The notes below the pieces were generated by a model. The model made no database searches. It was not told the origin of the DNA and saw only the letters and a program-made list of their open reading frames with translations. The position numbers and the translations under genes were made by a program. A stretch of 41,483 nt of DNA, from the IMG/VR virus record IMGVR_UViG_2565956725_000003, positions 1-41,483 of that record; one strand, given 5' to 3'. This DNA is from a virus (lineage: Duplodnaviria; Heunggongvirae; Uroviricota; Caudoviricetes). Positions 17,006-26,351 of this stretch are shown here, one piece after another (within the stretch, counting starts at the first letter, position 1; each line of letters begins with the position of its first letter).

Positions 17006-19476
17006 CAGAATCCCCCAACAGTAAGGCGAGGAATAACGGCAAGAACAGACAGCGGCAACGGGTCAAGCTGACGGATTTTTACACGCCCGTTTTTGCCCCA
17101 GTTACTGTCCAGTTTCACTTCTACTTTTCCGGTAGCATCATCAACAGGATCATCGTAGAACTCGAATTCACGCTGTGGATATTCGTACCATTTACCGCCG
17201 GGCGTAGTCGCCCAGATGCCGCGACTGGCATTCACAACCAGAGTAACGGACGGGATCACCTGTTTTTTGTCCAGCAGCGTTTCCTGTCCGTTAATGTTGA
17301 TATCCAGTGTTTCGAATTCAGCAGTTATTGGCAGGCCGATGTGCACAACAGCCCCCGGTGATTCCAGCGTGACGGCACCTCCGGAAACCACTTTTTGTGG
17401 TTCCACGTTCGCATCAGAGAGGATGTTTACGGTCTGGCCTTCAAGATGAGACAAGCCGCCAAATGTCCGGCGCGCCATCTGCCAGTTCGTGGTGGCCACA
17501 TTCCTGAGGGATGGCGGGACGTTCCTGTTAGCACGAACCACTACTGCGGTATTGCTGGTTACAGAAATAATGTCGCAACGTAATTCTTTTGACACTTCAT
17601 CGCCAGTATCAGGATCAGCTCCGGTATAAGGGAACTGTAGTTGCGCACCAACATCACTACTGGTGAAGTACGCACCACCAGAAACACTGATTGTATATTC
17701 CGCGTGGTAATCCCATTCACCAGAACCACCAGTGATGGTCATCGTTCTGTCAGACGTATTTCTTCCATCATAGCTAAGGCCAGAATCAACAAAGAAAGCA
17801 TCTTCATCGCTGGTAAATAAACGGCTGGACAGTCTCTCGATGTATCTCACTGTTTGCCCGTTAACGGTTCTGTTAACGACGAAATACACCGCATCTTCAT
17901 TGCCTTCGCTGATACTGCATGTGCTTTCATATTTTCCGGTACTGGATTGTGGTGCCCATGCAAAAACCTGCTGATCACGCAAATAGGTCATCACCAGTAA
18001 TTTACCGTCATCACGAATGCAGAAGGCACTGGAGTAAGGGACAATCGAGAAGCACCAGTCAACAATGCTGTGCTTCTGAAAAAGATGATTGGCAAGGATA
18101 GTAAGGTCGTTCCCCTGATAGCCGTCAACATCGAATGAGTAGGCCAGATCACGGACAACACTGCCTTTCTCCTGGACGAACAGAGCAATATTCGCCACGG
18201 CAATTGGTGGGACATTGCTCGAACCATTTGATCCCTGAGAGCTGAATGCAAATGATGATGGAGTTAATACTTTGTTCTGGTCGCCGGTGATGACGTACTC
18301 ACCTCCGGAAGTCAGTGCCACCAGCGAACCGACATCAATCAGGTGGCGGATCTCATTAACCTGACGCCCGGCATAGGTGTAGATAATTCTGTCGTCATCC
18401 TGCGTAGGATTGCTTTTGCCAAAATCCTTATAATCCCCAGTACGGCTGGCCCAGATAGTCTGAGGGAACGCTGTCGATGCGGCGAAGTAAAGACGTTGTT
18501 GATAATAAACAACCGTGCCAGGATAACCGTTAACACTGTTCCAGGCATATTTAGCCCATTTATAGCTGGCATTATCCTCGCCAACGACCTGCGAAGGGAT
18601 ATAGGAAATCACCTCAGCAGTTGCAGTAGTGCCATTTACAGCAGTTATACGGGCAATGCCAAAACCACTGTGCAGATACTCCCACTCAATGCCAGTATCA
18701 TCATCACCGGATCCGCCCCAGCCATCCCATGATGTGCCTTCTGTATGCGAAGGGCGCAAAGTGCCTGTTTTGCCTGCTGTAACGGCGCGATAGTAGTTAC
18801 TGTCTGCACGGCGAATATCGCCAATCGACGTACTCTTACTGGTTTCCCATACCGGCACAGAATCCACTGCAGGCTGTTCCAGATAGAACAATTTGCCTAC
18901 CTGCTCCGCGCCAAAAATAGAGGCGCTTGCCGTTAACGTAATTGTCCCGGTGCTGGCGCTGGCATAAACCGTCACTGACTCATCAATATTGATATCTTCA
19001 AATGGCCCGTTCTTCGTTACCACATCAACCAGTTGCCAGTTGTCATGCGCATAGCGGCGCAGCTCTTTCGGCGGGTATGCCGGGTGAACCAGCGTAAGCA
19101 CGTCGGCGCTTTGCGTGAATTTAATTCGGAACAGATCGGCTTCAGTATATGGCGTGGCAATTTCATAAATAACATTGCTGCTGTTCAGCACCAACGCACC
19201 ATCTTTGATAACGCGCATGTACTGGTGTCCGAACTCCAGAGCATAAGTCTGAACCGTCGAGAATTGGAACGGGATCAGGCGGCATTTCCGATTTGGGTAT
19301 TTGGCGGCACCGACAAAACGCGTACCAGGTCGATTCTCAACGCCGCCATACTGCCGCACGATAAAGTTATCGCACTTGCGCAATGCTACCTGGTACTTCG
19401 CCATGTCAATACGCCCGTACAACGACGGTCCAATCTCACCACCGGCAAAGCTGGGCTGGATCCAACTGATAGCCAT
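17005..19476 (-). CDS. tail tubular protein B-like (nozzle)
   Basis: 823 aa, directly after the tail tubular A-like gene; size and position as T7 gp12. Confidence 0.6.
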   Translation of the reverse strand: MAISWIQPSFAGGEIGPSLYGRIDMAKYQVALRKCDNFIVRQYGGVENRPGTRFVGAAKYPNRKCRLIPFQFSTVQTYALEFGHQYMRVIKDGALVLNSSNVIYEIATPYTEADLFRIKFTQSADVLTLVHPAYPPKELRRYAHDNWQLVDVVTKNGPFEDINIDESVTVYASASTGTITLTASASIFGAEQVGKLFYLEQPAVDSVPVWETSKSTSIGDIRRADSNYYRAVTAGKTGTLRPSHTEGTSWDGWGGSGDDDTGIEWEYLHSGFGIARITAVNGTTATAEVISYIPSQVVGEDNASYKWAKYAWNSVNGYPGTVVYYQQRLYFAASTAFPQTIWASRTGDYKDFGKSNPTQDDDRIIYTYAGRQVNEIRHLIDVGSLVALTSGGEYVITGDQNKVLTPSSFAFSSQGSNGSSNVPPIAVANIALFVQEKGSVVRDLAYSFDVDGYQGNDLTILANHLFQKHSIVDWCFSIVPYSSAFCIRDDGKLLVMTYLRDQQVFAWAPQSSTGKYESTCSISEGNEDAVYFVVNRTVNGQTVRYIERLSSRLFTSDEDAFFVDSGLSYDGRNTSDRTMTITGGSGEWDYHAEYTISVSGGAYFTSSDVGAQLQFPYTGADPDTGDEVSKELRCDIISVTSNTAVVVRANRNVPPSLRNVATTNWQMARRTFGGLSHLEGQTVNILSDANVEPQKVVSGGAVTLESPGAVVHIGLPITAEFETLDININGQETLLDKKQVIPSVTLVVNASRGIWATTPGGKWYEYPQREFEFYDDPVDDATGKVEVKLDSNWGKNGRVKIRQLDPLPLSVLAVIPRLTVGGF

Positions 19477-20084
19477 CAGGACAACCTCGCAATGGTAAAC
19501 TCATCAACCGGTGGCTGTGGTTCCTGTGATTCATTCTGGCTATGCGAGCCAGCACTAAGAATCACGCGATTGTACATATTGAGGGCAAACGTACCGAGGT
19601 CTGCATTCCCAGTCAGCGCCATGTTAATAGCTGCCGCAAGACGCCAGGCCAACGCCTCCATAAAAATGGCATCAAACATGTTCACATCTGTAACGCGAGA
19701 GACATACTTGAGCCATGCCTGCGGCTGGTCTGTGTAGATCAACTTTCCTGTTCCGTTGGTGTCTGCACCAACTTCGTACTGAACGCGCATTGCTGCTGTT
19801 GGATTGCGTACACCAGGAAGCATAATTTCAGTAATGCGCAGACAATCGGACGGGTACTGATACGCATATTCCCAGTCAGGCGGTGGATTGCTCGTATCTG
19901 CAAGCGCCACGCGTTTGGTAGCAAAGTTCCAGTCAAAATCAGAAAGCACAGCATCACGGCAGGCCTCAAAGTGCAGCGAACATTCCCCCGCTTCCTTGCT
20001 GGCTTCCGTCAGGCTGTTAATGCTGCGGCTATTGCCAATATTGGACAGCGCACGATTACAGATCTCTACTACAGAGGCCATCAC
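19476..20084 (-). CDS. tail tubular protein A-like (adaptor/gatekeeper)
   Basis: 202 aa; N-terminal pattern resembles T7 gp11 as recalled. Confidence 0.55.
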   Translation of the reverse strand: MMASVVEICNRALSNIGNSRSINSLTEASKEAGECSLHFEACRDAVLSDFDWNFATKRVALADTSNPPPDWEYAYQYPSDCLRITEIMLPGVRNPTAAMRVQYEVGADTNGTGKLIYTDQPQAWLKYVSRVTDVNMFDAIFMEALAWRLAAAINMALTGNADLGTFALNMYNRVILSAGSHSQNESQEPQPPVDEFTIARLS

Positions 20085-20410
20085 TCACCCCCGTTACCGT
20101 AGAGGGTTTCAGCCGCTGATTTTTCTACATCACCGGAAACAGGAGCGATTGCCATATCAGTGATCTGCAGATCGGCGCTGCGATTAACACCATCGTCAGT
20201 TTCTCTGGCAGACAGGCCTCGAATAACAGCCTTTGCAGTTATCATCACTTCTGTTCCGACGCCCTGAGGTTGCGCCTTCAGCTTATTCAATGTGTCGTTA
20301 TTAAGAGTGATGCACAGCCCCCACGGGTATTCATCGCGAGTTCTGGTTTCTCCGCTCTCATCCTGGTAGCTGTCAGTGCCGGTTTTGAGGTTTACGAGTT
20401 CCATATACAC
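20081..20410 (-). CDS. virion structural protein, hypothetical
   Basis: 109 aa in the structural operon; start preceded by an intercistronic hairpin. Confidence 0.5.
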   Translation of the reverse strand: MYMELVNLKTGTDSYQDESGETRTRDEYPWGLCITLNNDTLNKLKAQPQGVGTEVMITAKAVIRGLSARETDDGVNRSADLQITDMAIAPVSGDVEKSAAETLYGNGGE

Positions 20411-20454
20411 TCCTGCAATAAAGGGGCCGAAGCCCCTTGTCGGATTCGCGAGGC

Positions 20455-20799
20455 TTACACGCCCAGTTCTTTACGCTTATCTGCGATCTTCTCGCGGAGC
20501 GTTTCGGCTTTAGCGTTATGGTGTGGCTTCTCGTTAAAGAGCAATTCGTACTCTTCACGGAGCTTATCCAGTTCACCATCATCTGACACATCATTGATGA
20601 TTTTGGTGCTGGTTGCTGCCATTGACACCTTTCCTGCAACTTTTGCTTTTGCCTGTCTGGCTGCATCGTTAACAGGTTCCAGTGCGCTACCAGGCTCACC
20701 TTCGTATTCGATTTCTGCCCCCTCCGGCCACAGAGTGTTATGGATATGAGAGAGGCGCAGAACGAGGTATCTTGGTTTCTCACCTGACATCGATATCAC
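20455..20799 (-). CDS. virion structural protein, hypothetical
   Basis: 114 aa in the structural operon. Confidence 0.5.
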   Translation of the reverse strand: MISMSGEKPRYLVLRLSHIHNTLWPEGAEIEYEGEPGSALEPVNDAARQAKAKVAGKVSMAATSTKIINDVSDDGELDKLREEYELLFNEKPHHNAKAETLREKIADKRKELGV

Positions 20800-20800
20800 C

Positions 20801-21238
20801 TTAACCAGTTACTTTTGAGCGGATCGGATACGGCGTATTGGCATCAACATCAAGACTGATACCAGCAGTGAATTCGCCAGCCGTTAGTGGGCCAGTTGCG
20901 ACGGAGTAGTTAACACGCAGATATCGCTGAACACCGGCAGGCACCTTTGCAGAAACAACTCGTTTACCTGCTGTCAGGGCGGTCTTTGCCAGTGCGCCAC
21001 TATCATAAATAGTGGTCCATGAGCTGTTATTTTCACTCGTCTGCAACTGGATGTTTACAGTTGCATCACCGCTTGCCGCGGCGGCTGTGTTAACCAGCGC
21101 CCAAAACTCAAGCTGGTAACCAACGCCGATATCACGACGTTTTCCGTCAATTGGACCGAGATCGATTACGTCAGTAGAAGCCGCGGTATCAGTTACCGCC
21201 TGTGCTTCGGAGAACATCAACAGTTTGTCGGTGATCAT
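20801..21238 (-). CDS. putative capsid decoration/staple protein
   Basis: 145 aa, beta-rich, immediately downstream of the major capsid gene. Confidence 0.45.
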   Translation of the reverse strand: MITDKLLMFSEAQAVTDTAASTDVIDLGPIDGKRRDIGVGYQLEFWALVNTAAAASGDATVNIQLQTSENNSSWTTIYDSGALAKTALTAGKRVVSAKVPAGVQRYLRVNYSVATGPLTAGEFTAGISLDVDANTPYPIRSKVTG

Positions 21239-21289
21239 CTTCTTTCTCCATTAGTGGGTCTGTTACGACCCACAGGTTAATAACAGGCG

Positions 21290-22282
21290 TTACACCACGC
21301 GGGCTTCTGTTTCCAGAAGCGCATCAGTTTCACGGATTGGTACACCACGGAATGAAGTCCACCACTCGCCTTCTGTCTCTTTTACGCTGATAGCCAGAGA
21401 TGTTTTCTCCAGAGACTGCAGATCAAGAGCCTGGCCTACAGTGCGGTTCATGTAGAACACCGGGCGGCCCATGCCACGGTTTGGAATGCGATGTAGTGCT
21501 TTAACCATCAACTTCGCAATATTTGCGGCAGAGGATGGTTCTGAAAGATTGCTGACATCGATGTTTGCAATGCGAACAACATAACGCCAGTCACGCAGAG
21601 CAAGTCCGTTATCCCATTTGTAATGGGTGCGATAGCCTTCGTACTTGCCGCCATTAGCATCTTCCAGTGTCACCTGGCCTTTATCTTCCATCTGGATGCC
21701 AGCCTTCTGCCCTTTCGGGAAGATGCCATGCACGGTGTTTTCGCCCCACACCACTAACCAGATTGAAGTGTTATCTGTACCCGTGCCACCAGCATCAATG
21801 ATGTTCTGAGCATTACCCGCAGACAGGCTGGAATAGCGGGAGGACAGTCCCATAAACTGCTGAGGGTTAACGCTGGAATCACCATAAAACAGCGTCTGCG
21901 CCATCTGCTGATTCATCGCTTCAATAAATGCGCGGTCTTCAGACAGGCGGAATTCGGCGGTATTGCCGTTCAGATCAGCCAGTGACTTATCGACTTCCGC
22001 ATAGGTTTCCAGCATGCCAACGGAATCGGTTACCTGCACTGTGGTTGATTTGCTTGGCTGTACGCCATAGTTCAGCAAACGCCAGGTAGCTGAAGGTAAA
22101 CCAGAACGAATGGTGGTTCGGTGTCCGGTAGGAAGGTTCCCTTCGACAAAAGGCATATCCTGAAGGATCGGGTTAGTTTGACCGAGAAGCTCGATAATCT
22201 TATCGACTTTCCCGTTTGGATCGACGCGCTTACCCCAGTCAGCCAGCGTTAGCGCAGTTAAGCCTTTAACAGCCATTGTCAT
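21290..22282 (-). CDS. major capsid protein
   Basis: 330 aa, immediately after the scaffold gene and followed by a stem-loop. Confidence 0.8.
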   Translation of the reverse strand: MTMAVKGLTALTLADWGKRVDPNGKVDKIIELLGQTNPILQDMPFVEGNLPTGHRTTIRSGLPSATWRLLNYGVQPSKSTTVQVTDSVGMLETYAEVDKSLADLNGNTAEFRLSEDRAFIEAMNQQMAQTLFYGDSSVNPQQFMGLSSRYSSLSAGNAQNIIDAGGTGTDNTSIWLVVWGENTVHGIFPKGQKAGIQMEDKGQVTLEDANGGKYEGYRTHYKWDNGLALRDWRYVVRIANIDVSNLSEPSSAANIAKLMVKALHRIPNRGMGRPVFYMNRTVGQALDLQSLEKTSLAISVKETEGEWWTSFRGVPIRETDALLETEARVV

Positions 22283-22290
22283 TTCCTCTC

Positions 22291-22992
22291 TTATTTGCCA
22301 TAGAGCACTTCGGCCGCACTACGCTGGCCTTCATTACCACCGGTGACCATGCCATCTTCAGACATCGCCTTTCCGATTTTCACGAACGTTTTGACCAGAT
22401 CAGGGTGATTACCCAGCCCGGTGGTGTTCAGATATTCTTTGAGTTCAGGTGTCCCGAACTGGTCAAGCGCACGCTGTGCGGCGCTAAGGTTAGAAATCAA
22501 CTTGTCGCCACCGATTTCTTTGTCGGCTTTTACATCCGCAGCCCACTGCTCGGTTGTTTTCTGCCAGGCTTCTGCCTGGCGCTGCTGAACACCTGCCAGA
22601 ATCTTCGGATAAGCATCAACCAGCTTTTGCGCTTGCTCGTTGGTCAGGTTTAGTTCTCGCGCCACCGGCTCGAATTCCTTCAACGCTTCTGTATCCAGCT
22701 CTACGCCTTCGGCAGCCTGAAACTCGTACTTTTCAGGCGCACCCTCTGGTTTATCGCCGTCCTTTTTTTCATCCTGCTTATCGTTTTCAGGCTTTTTGTC
22801 ATCAGCAGGTTTATCGCCATCAGCAACAGGTTGTGGCTTATCACCTTCCTGTTGTGATGGATCACCAACTGGAGCAGGGTTATCACCTGCAGGCGCTGAC
22901 GGTTCTGACGCAGCCGGAGCTGCTCCACCATCGACTGGTTGCTCATTGCAAAGACGGCGATACAGCAAACGCTCAAATAAATTCATGATCAC
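22291..22992 (-). CDS. scaffolding protein
   Basis: 233 aa, acidic, low-complexity Pro/Asp/Lys-rich N-terminal half, helical C-terminal half; between portal and capsid. Confidence 0.75.
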   Translation of the reverse strand: MIMNLFERLLYRRLCNEQPVDGGAAPAASEPSAPAGDNPAPVGDPSQQEGDKPQPVADGDKPADDKKPENDKQDEKKDGDKPEGAPEKYEFQAAEGVELDTEALKEFEPVARELNLTNEQAQKLVDAYPKILAGVQQRQAEAWQKTTEQWAADVKADKEIGGDKLISNLSAAQRALDQFGTPELKEYLNTTGLGNHPDLVKTFVKIGKAMSEDGMVTGGNEGQRSAAEVLYGK

Positions 22993-23285
22993 TCCTGTTC
23001 ACTGGCCTCTTTGGCCATCTTCAAATACTGTTCAGGGCAATGCGCCATAACGCGCTGAAACAGTTCCAGCGCCAGATTGCGTTGCCCCTCATTAAATGCC
23101 ATTGCCATAGCATCCATCGGAGAGATAGCGGAAAACACCCGGCCTTTCTCCAGCACCGACCAGACAACGCGACGCCCCTGTTCACTGCTCATGACAAAGC
23201 AAATGTCATCAATTTCACGCTGTGCCATGTCACGTTGCTTACGGGCGTTTTCTTCTTTCAGTTGATCGTCTTCGTAATCTGTCAT
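22989..23285 (-). CDS. small head-associated protein, hypothetical
   Basis: 98 aa, translationally coupled between portal and scaffold. Confidence 0.5.
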   Translation of the reverse strand: MTDYEDDQLKEENARKQRDMAQREIDDICFVMSSEQGRRVVWSVLEKGRVFSAISPMDAMAMAFNEGQRNLALELFQRVMAHCPEQYLKMAKEASEQE

Positions 23286-24961
23286 TGTGATTGCCCACCC
23301 TGACCACTAACTGCATTCGCCATAGCTGACAAAACACTCGGATCCGAAGTTTTAGCTTCGCTTAGCGTCTTGGCACCCTGTGCCGCCGCCATCCCCATCG
23401 CCATCATTTGTTGCTGCTGTTGTTGCTGTGCCCGTTGCTGGCGAGCCTGCTCAACCTGTTCCTGCGGAACAATGACGGTTGGAGACACTCCGGACATATC
23501 AGCGAATGCATCGATCGCCTGATCAACGTTGAGTTTGTCGAGAGCTTCTGGTTTCGCTTGCGCAAGTTGACCAATGAAGTTGACCGTAGACGCCAGACTG
23601 GACAGGCCGATAGACTTCTGCGCCTGAGCCATGACGGAAATGTATTCGACCTTCAGGGGCATACCTTCCATTGCGTCAGGCGGTGGCGGCAGCATGTTTT
23701 TACGCACCATCATCGAGAAAGCGCGGTCAATGAGAGGATTAAGACATTCGTCGTTCAGACGCTCCAGAACCGGCCCCAACATCAGAAGTTTTTCTTCTTT
23801 CATTTCGATCACCGCTTCAACAGGCATCGAGCGGGTATTGATGTTCTGCAACATCATGAACAGATCGACAAAGTAGGCGCTGTTAATGATTTGACGGGTG
23901 TCCTGAATGTCTGCCACCAAATCTGCTGTACTGGGGTTAACCAGATAAGCAGGCCTGAAGCCATCCTGACCAGTAATCTGATCGATATACGTGATGTCGC
24001 CAGGAAGAAGGGAGGCGCGCTGATTCTTGAGGGAAGTCGGAGCAACCATCGGCGGATTGGTGGCTTTATCAATCAACTGCGACTTGCGCTTCTGAAGAAG
24101 CTGCAATGCCTTAACAGATCCAAGCGCCAGCATACCCGGGCATGATGATCCATAAACATCTTCGCCGTTAACTTCCCAGCGCGGAGCCATAATTGGAAAC
24201 TCATCGAATCCGGACTCACGCAACAACTTGTCGTTATCGCCACCAACCTCGTAATAAACCGATTTGAATGGCTTGTTCTTGCTATCCAGCTTCGATGTAT
24301 CGCGGTCAATGTTCGGGTAAACCGAATGCATCACTTCAATCCACTTCTCGTAGGTGCCGCTTTCCCACATGCTTTTTACGGATTCGCTGACGTTATTTAG
24401 CCCGAACTCCTGAACAAGCTGACGAACAGTCATAGAGAACTTGCGGAAACAGGTGTCCACACTGCCACGAGGTGAGTTAGCCAGGTAGTAACTGCCTATC
24501 GGGAATGGCATTGTGCGAATGATGTCCTTGTCATCCTCCAGCACCGCCATTGCACCAGTGCTGTATGTGCCGAGGCTTCCGTATAACTGCGGAAGAGACT
24601 GGTAGAGATTCGACTTATTGAACATATCGTTCATGCGGTTCTGCACCGCCTCAAGCCACAACTTAACAGGGCCATAATCCATCATTTCAGGATCTGGCGT
24701 AGCCAGGCGAAACCACGGACGCGCGGGGCTTGTGATGCCTGACATCATGCCGCTGGCGAGAGTGCGCGCCGCCATAGTCCCGGTCGAATCAATAATGCGT
24801 GTATTGCGTCGATCGTTACGGTTGACCTCAGAAGTCAGAAAGCGGGAACCACGCGGGTTGATGTAATCACTCAACTCGCGCCAGTGCGGCTCGAACGACT
24901 GACGCTCGCTTTCAAGTTGTGCGAACTGTTTGTTCAATCGCTCTTTAGTTGTTTCCGCCAT
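23282..24961 (-). CDS. portal (head-to-tail connector) protein
   Basis: 559 aa with poly-Gln/Ala C-terminal tail; RBS GGAG. Confidence 0.8.
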   Translation of the reverse strand: MAETTKERLNKQFAQLESERQSFEPHWRELSDYINPRGSRFLTSEVNRNDRRNTRIIDSTGTMAARTLASGMMSGITSPARPWFRLATPDPEMMDYGPVKLWLEAVQNRMNDMFNKSNLYQSLPQLYGSLGTYSTGAMAVLEDDKDIIRTMPFPIGSYYLANSPRGSVDTCFRKFSMTVRQLVQEFGLNNVSESVKSMWESGTYEKWIEVMHSVYPNIDRDTSKLDSKNKPFKSVYYEVGGDNDKLLRESGFDEFPIMAPRWEVNGEDVYGSSCPGMLALGSVKALQLLQKRKSQLIDKATNPPMVAPTSLKNQRASLLPGDITYIDQITGQDGFRPAYLVNPSTADLVADIQDTRQIINSAYFVDLFMMLQNINTRSMPVEAVIEMKEEKLLMLGPVLERLNDECLNPLIDRAFSMMVRKNMLPPPPDAMEGMPLKVEYISVMAQAQKSIGLSSLASTVNFIGQLAQAKPEALDKLNVDQAIDAFADMSGVSPTVIVPQEQVEQARQQRAQQQQQQQMMAMGMAAAQGAKTLSEAKTSDPSVLSAMANAVSGQGGQSQ

Positions 24962-24975
24962 TTCAATGACTCCGG

Positions 24976-25182
24976 TTACTGACCAAGCAGCGTTTTACCG
25001 CTGGTATTAGCGGTTGATGTGTCGCCCAGAGAACCGGTAAGCAGCGTAGAACTACGACCAGCAGCAGCGCGACGGCGACGAGTTTCTTCGTCGCGGGCAT
25101 CAACAACGGCGGCATCCTGCTCCTGTGGTGCTGCCTGAACTTCTGGTGTTGCAGGCACTGATGGTGAGCTACCCATGCACAT
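24976..25182 (-). CDS. small protein upstream of portal, hypothetical
   Basis: 68 aa; RBS GGAGTCATTGAT-ATG nearly identical to the portal initiation region. Confidence 0.45.
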   Translation of the reverse strand: MCMGSSPSVPATPEVQAAPQEQDAAVVDARDEETRRRRAAAGRSSTLLTGSLGDTSTANTSGKTLLGQ

Positions 25183-25270
25183 ATCAATGACTCCGTACGC
25201 AATTAAATTATTACCAATTTAACCACATATGATTTATTTATCGTAGGTAGTTGACATTTAACGCACAAAT

Positions 25271-25287
25271 TATTACCTTTCAGGTAA
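25271..25287. promoter_or_regulatory. operator-like palindrome (copy 4)
   Basis: ATTACCTTTCAGGTAAC, 15 bp downstream of a TTGACA hexamer (25250-25255), upstream of the tRNA and of the portal operon. Confidence 0.55.
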
Positions 25288-25609
25288 CCAAAGAGTTCAT
25301 TCCGGTTACTAACCTGACTGGCTTGTCGTTAAATTGAACAGGTGTAGTGAGCTTTTATTTTGAGCAGTACGGCGTATGGCACATGCGCCGATAGCGGTCT
25401 GGATACGTTTAAGGGGCACCCTCCCTTGCTCGGGCAAACGAACCAGGTAGCCGGAATGTGCAAGTCGAGCGGTTTTATTCCGCGCACGGGGATTCACCAT
25501 CCCGGCGATTCGGTGTGACGCCTCGGAAGAGACGAGGGTACAACGATGAGAGCATTTATGGAGCCGCGACAAAGTGTGGCGCCTTAACAGGCTAAGTGCT
25601 CTCAGCGTT

Positions 25610-25686
25610 GTGGCATTAGCTCAGTTGGACAGAGCAACCGCCTTCTAAGCGGTTGGTCGCAGGTTCGAATCCTGCATGCCACGCCA
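25610..25686 (+). tRNA. tRNA-Arg (anticodon UCU), phage-encoded argU-like
   Basis: Hand-folded cloverleaf with 7-bp acceptor stem, D and T arms, anticodon loop CTTCTAA, discriminator G and encoded CCA; core resembles argU. Confidence 0.9.
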
Positions 25687-25729
25687 GAATCACGCCTAAG
25701 GACCGTGATGCCAGAAGTTCCAGGTGCTT

Positions 25730-25771
25730 GGCGGTGATGGTTTCCCTTGAGGGACTATCACCGCCCTTTTT
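25730..25771 (+). terminator. rho-independent terminator after the tRNA
   Basis: 9-bp stem GGCGGTGAT/ATCACCGCC followed by CTTTTT. Confidence 0.6.
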
Positions 25772-25849
25772 ACAGCAGGACGCCATTGCGATGACTTCAT
25801 GCTGTAAACCCGTACAGCCACGGAAGGCATAACTCATTGCTTCCAGTTC

Positions 25850-25873
25850 GCCCGGTTCGCCGGGCATTTTTTT
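25850..25873 (+). terminator. second terminator/attenuator hairpin
   Basis: GCCCGG-TTCG-CCGGGC followed by ATTTTTTT, just upstream of the RBS of the 25890 ORF. Confidence 0.55.
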
Positions 25874-25889
25874 AAGGTGAGATTAGACT

Positions 25890-26261
25890 ATGAGTGACAA
25901 AGACATTGAATCTGAAATTCAGGCTAAAGGTTTAGCCGCGCCGCGCGTTACGCCAGACCATATCGAGAGCATTATTGCTCAGGAGGCATATTTCACAGCA
26001 GAAGATGGTGCCTTTGGCGTAGCCATAAAAGCGAAACATACTGGCGGAGAGGTAAACTACCAGCCGCACGAATCACTTTCTCTGCTGACGTTCTGCGTCC
26101 TGGTGCTGCGCAACGGCTTCACCGTCACCGGAGAGAGCGCCTGTGCAAGCCCGGAAAACTTTGATGCAGAAATTGGTCGGAAGATTGCCCGACAGAATGC
26201 TGTAAACAAAATCTGGATGCTTGAAGGTTACTTGCTGAAGCAGAAGTTAAGCGAGCAATAA
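25890..26261 (+). CDS. hypothetical protein (moron with the tRNA)
   Basis: 123 aa, RBS AAGGTGAG; opposite strand to the flanking packaging and head genes; followed by a terminator. Confidence 0.6.
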   Translation: MSDKDIESEIQAKGLAAPRVTPDHIESIIAQEAYFTAEDGAFGVAIKAKHTGGEVNYQPHESLSLLTFCVLVLRNGFTVTGESACASPENFDAEIGRKIARQNAVNKIWMLEGYLLKQKLSEQ

Positions 26262-26275
26262 CACCGTGACATATC

Positions 26276-26310
26276 ACAAACAGCCAGCCTATGAGCTGGC
26301 TTTGTTTTAT
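26276..26310. terminator. bidirectional terminator between the moron and terminase large subunit
   Basis: AGCCAGC-CTATGA-GCTGGCT with a T-tract on the + side and an A-rich tract on the other. Confidence 0.6.
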
Positions 26311-26351
26311 CCTCATCAGAGGATATCAACAACATTATCCCCTCAAGCGGA

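Noticed and set aside
19033-20102. Long + strand ORFs (234 and 186 aa) antisense to tail-tube genes, and similar ones at 10192..10653 and 23408..24145
   Set aside because: Fully nested antisense within confidently assigned structural genes, no RBS; typical shadow ORFs.
23395-23425. CAG/CAA-rich tract in the portal gene 3' region
   Set aside because: Simply encodes the poly-Gln tail of the portal protein; no evidence of regulatory function.
25610-25686. The internal tRNA as this prophage's integration target
   Set aside because: It lies between terminase and portal, 15 kb from the integrase, and is complete with its own terminators; the guaA-like core at the left junction is a better att candidate.
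25616-25867. 83-aa minus-strand ORF overlapping the tRNA-Arg gene
   Set aside because: Entirely antisense to a well-folded tRNA and its terminator; no RBS; treated as a shadow ORF.
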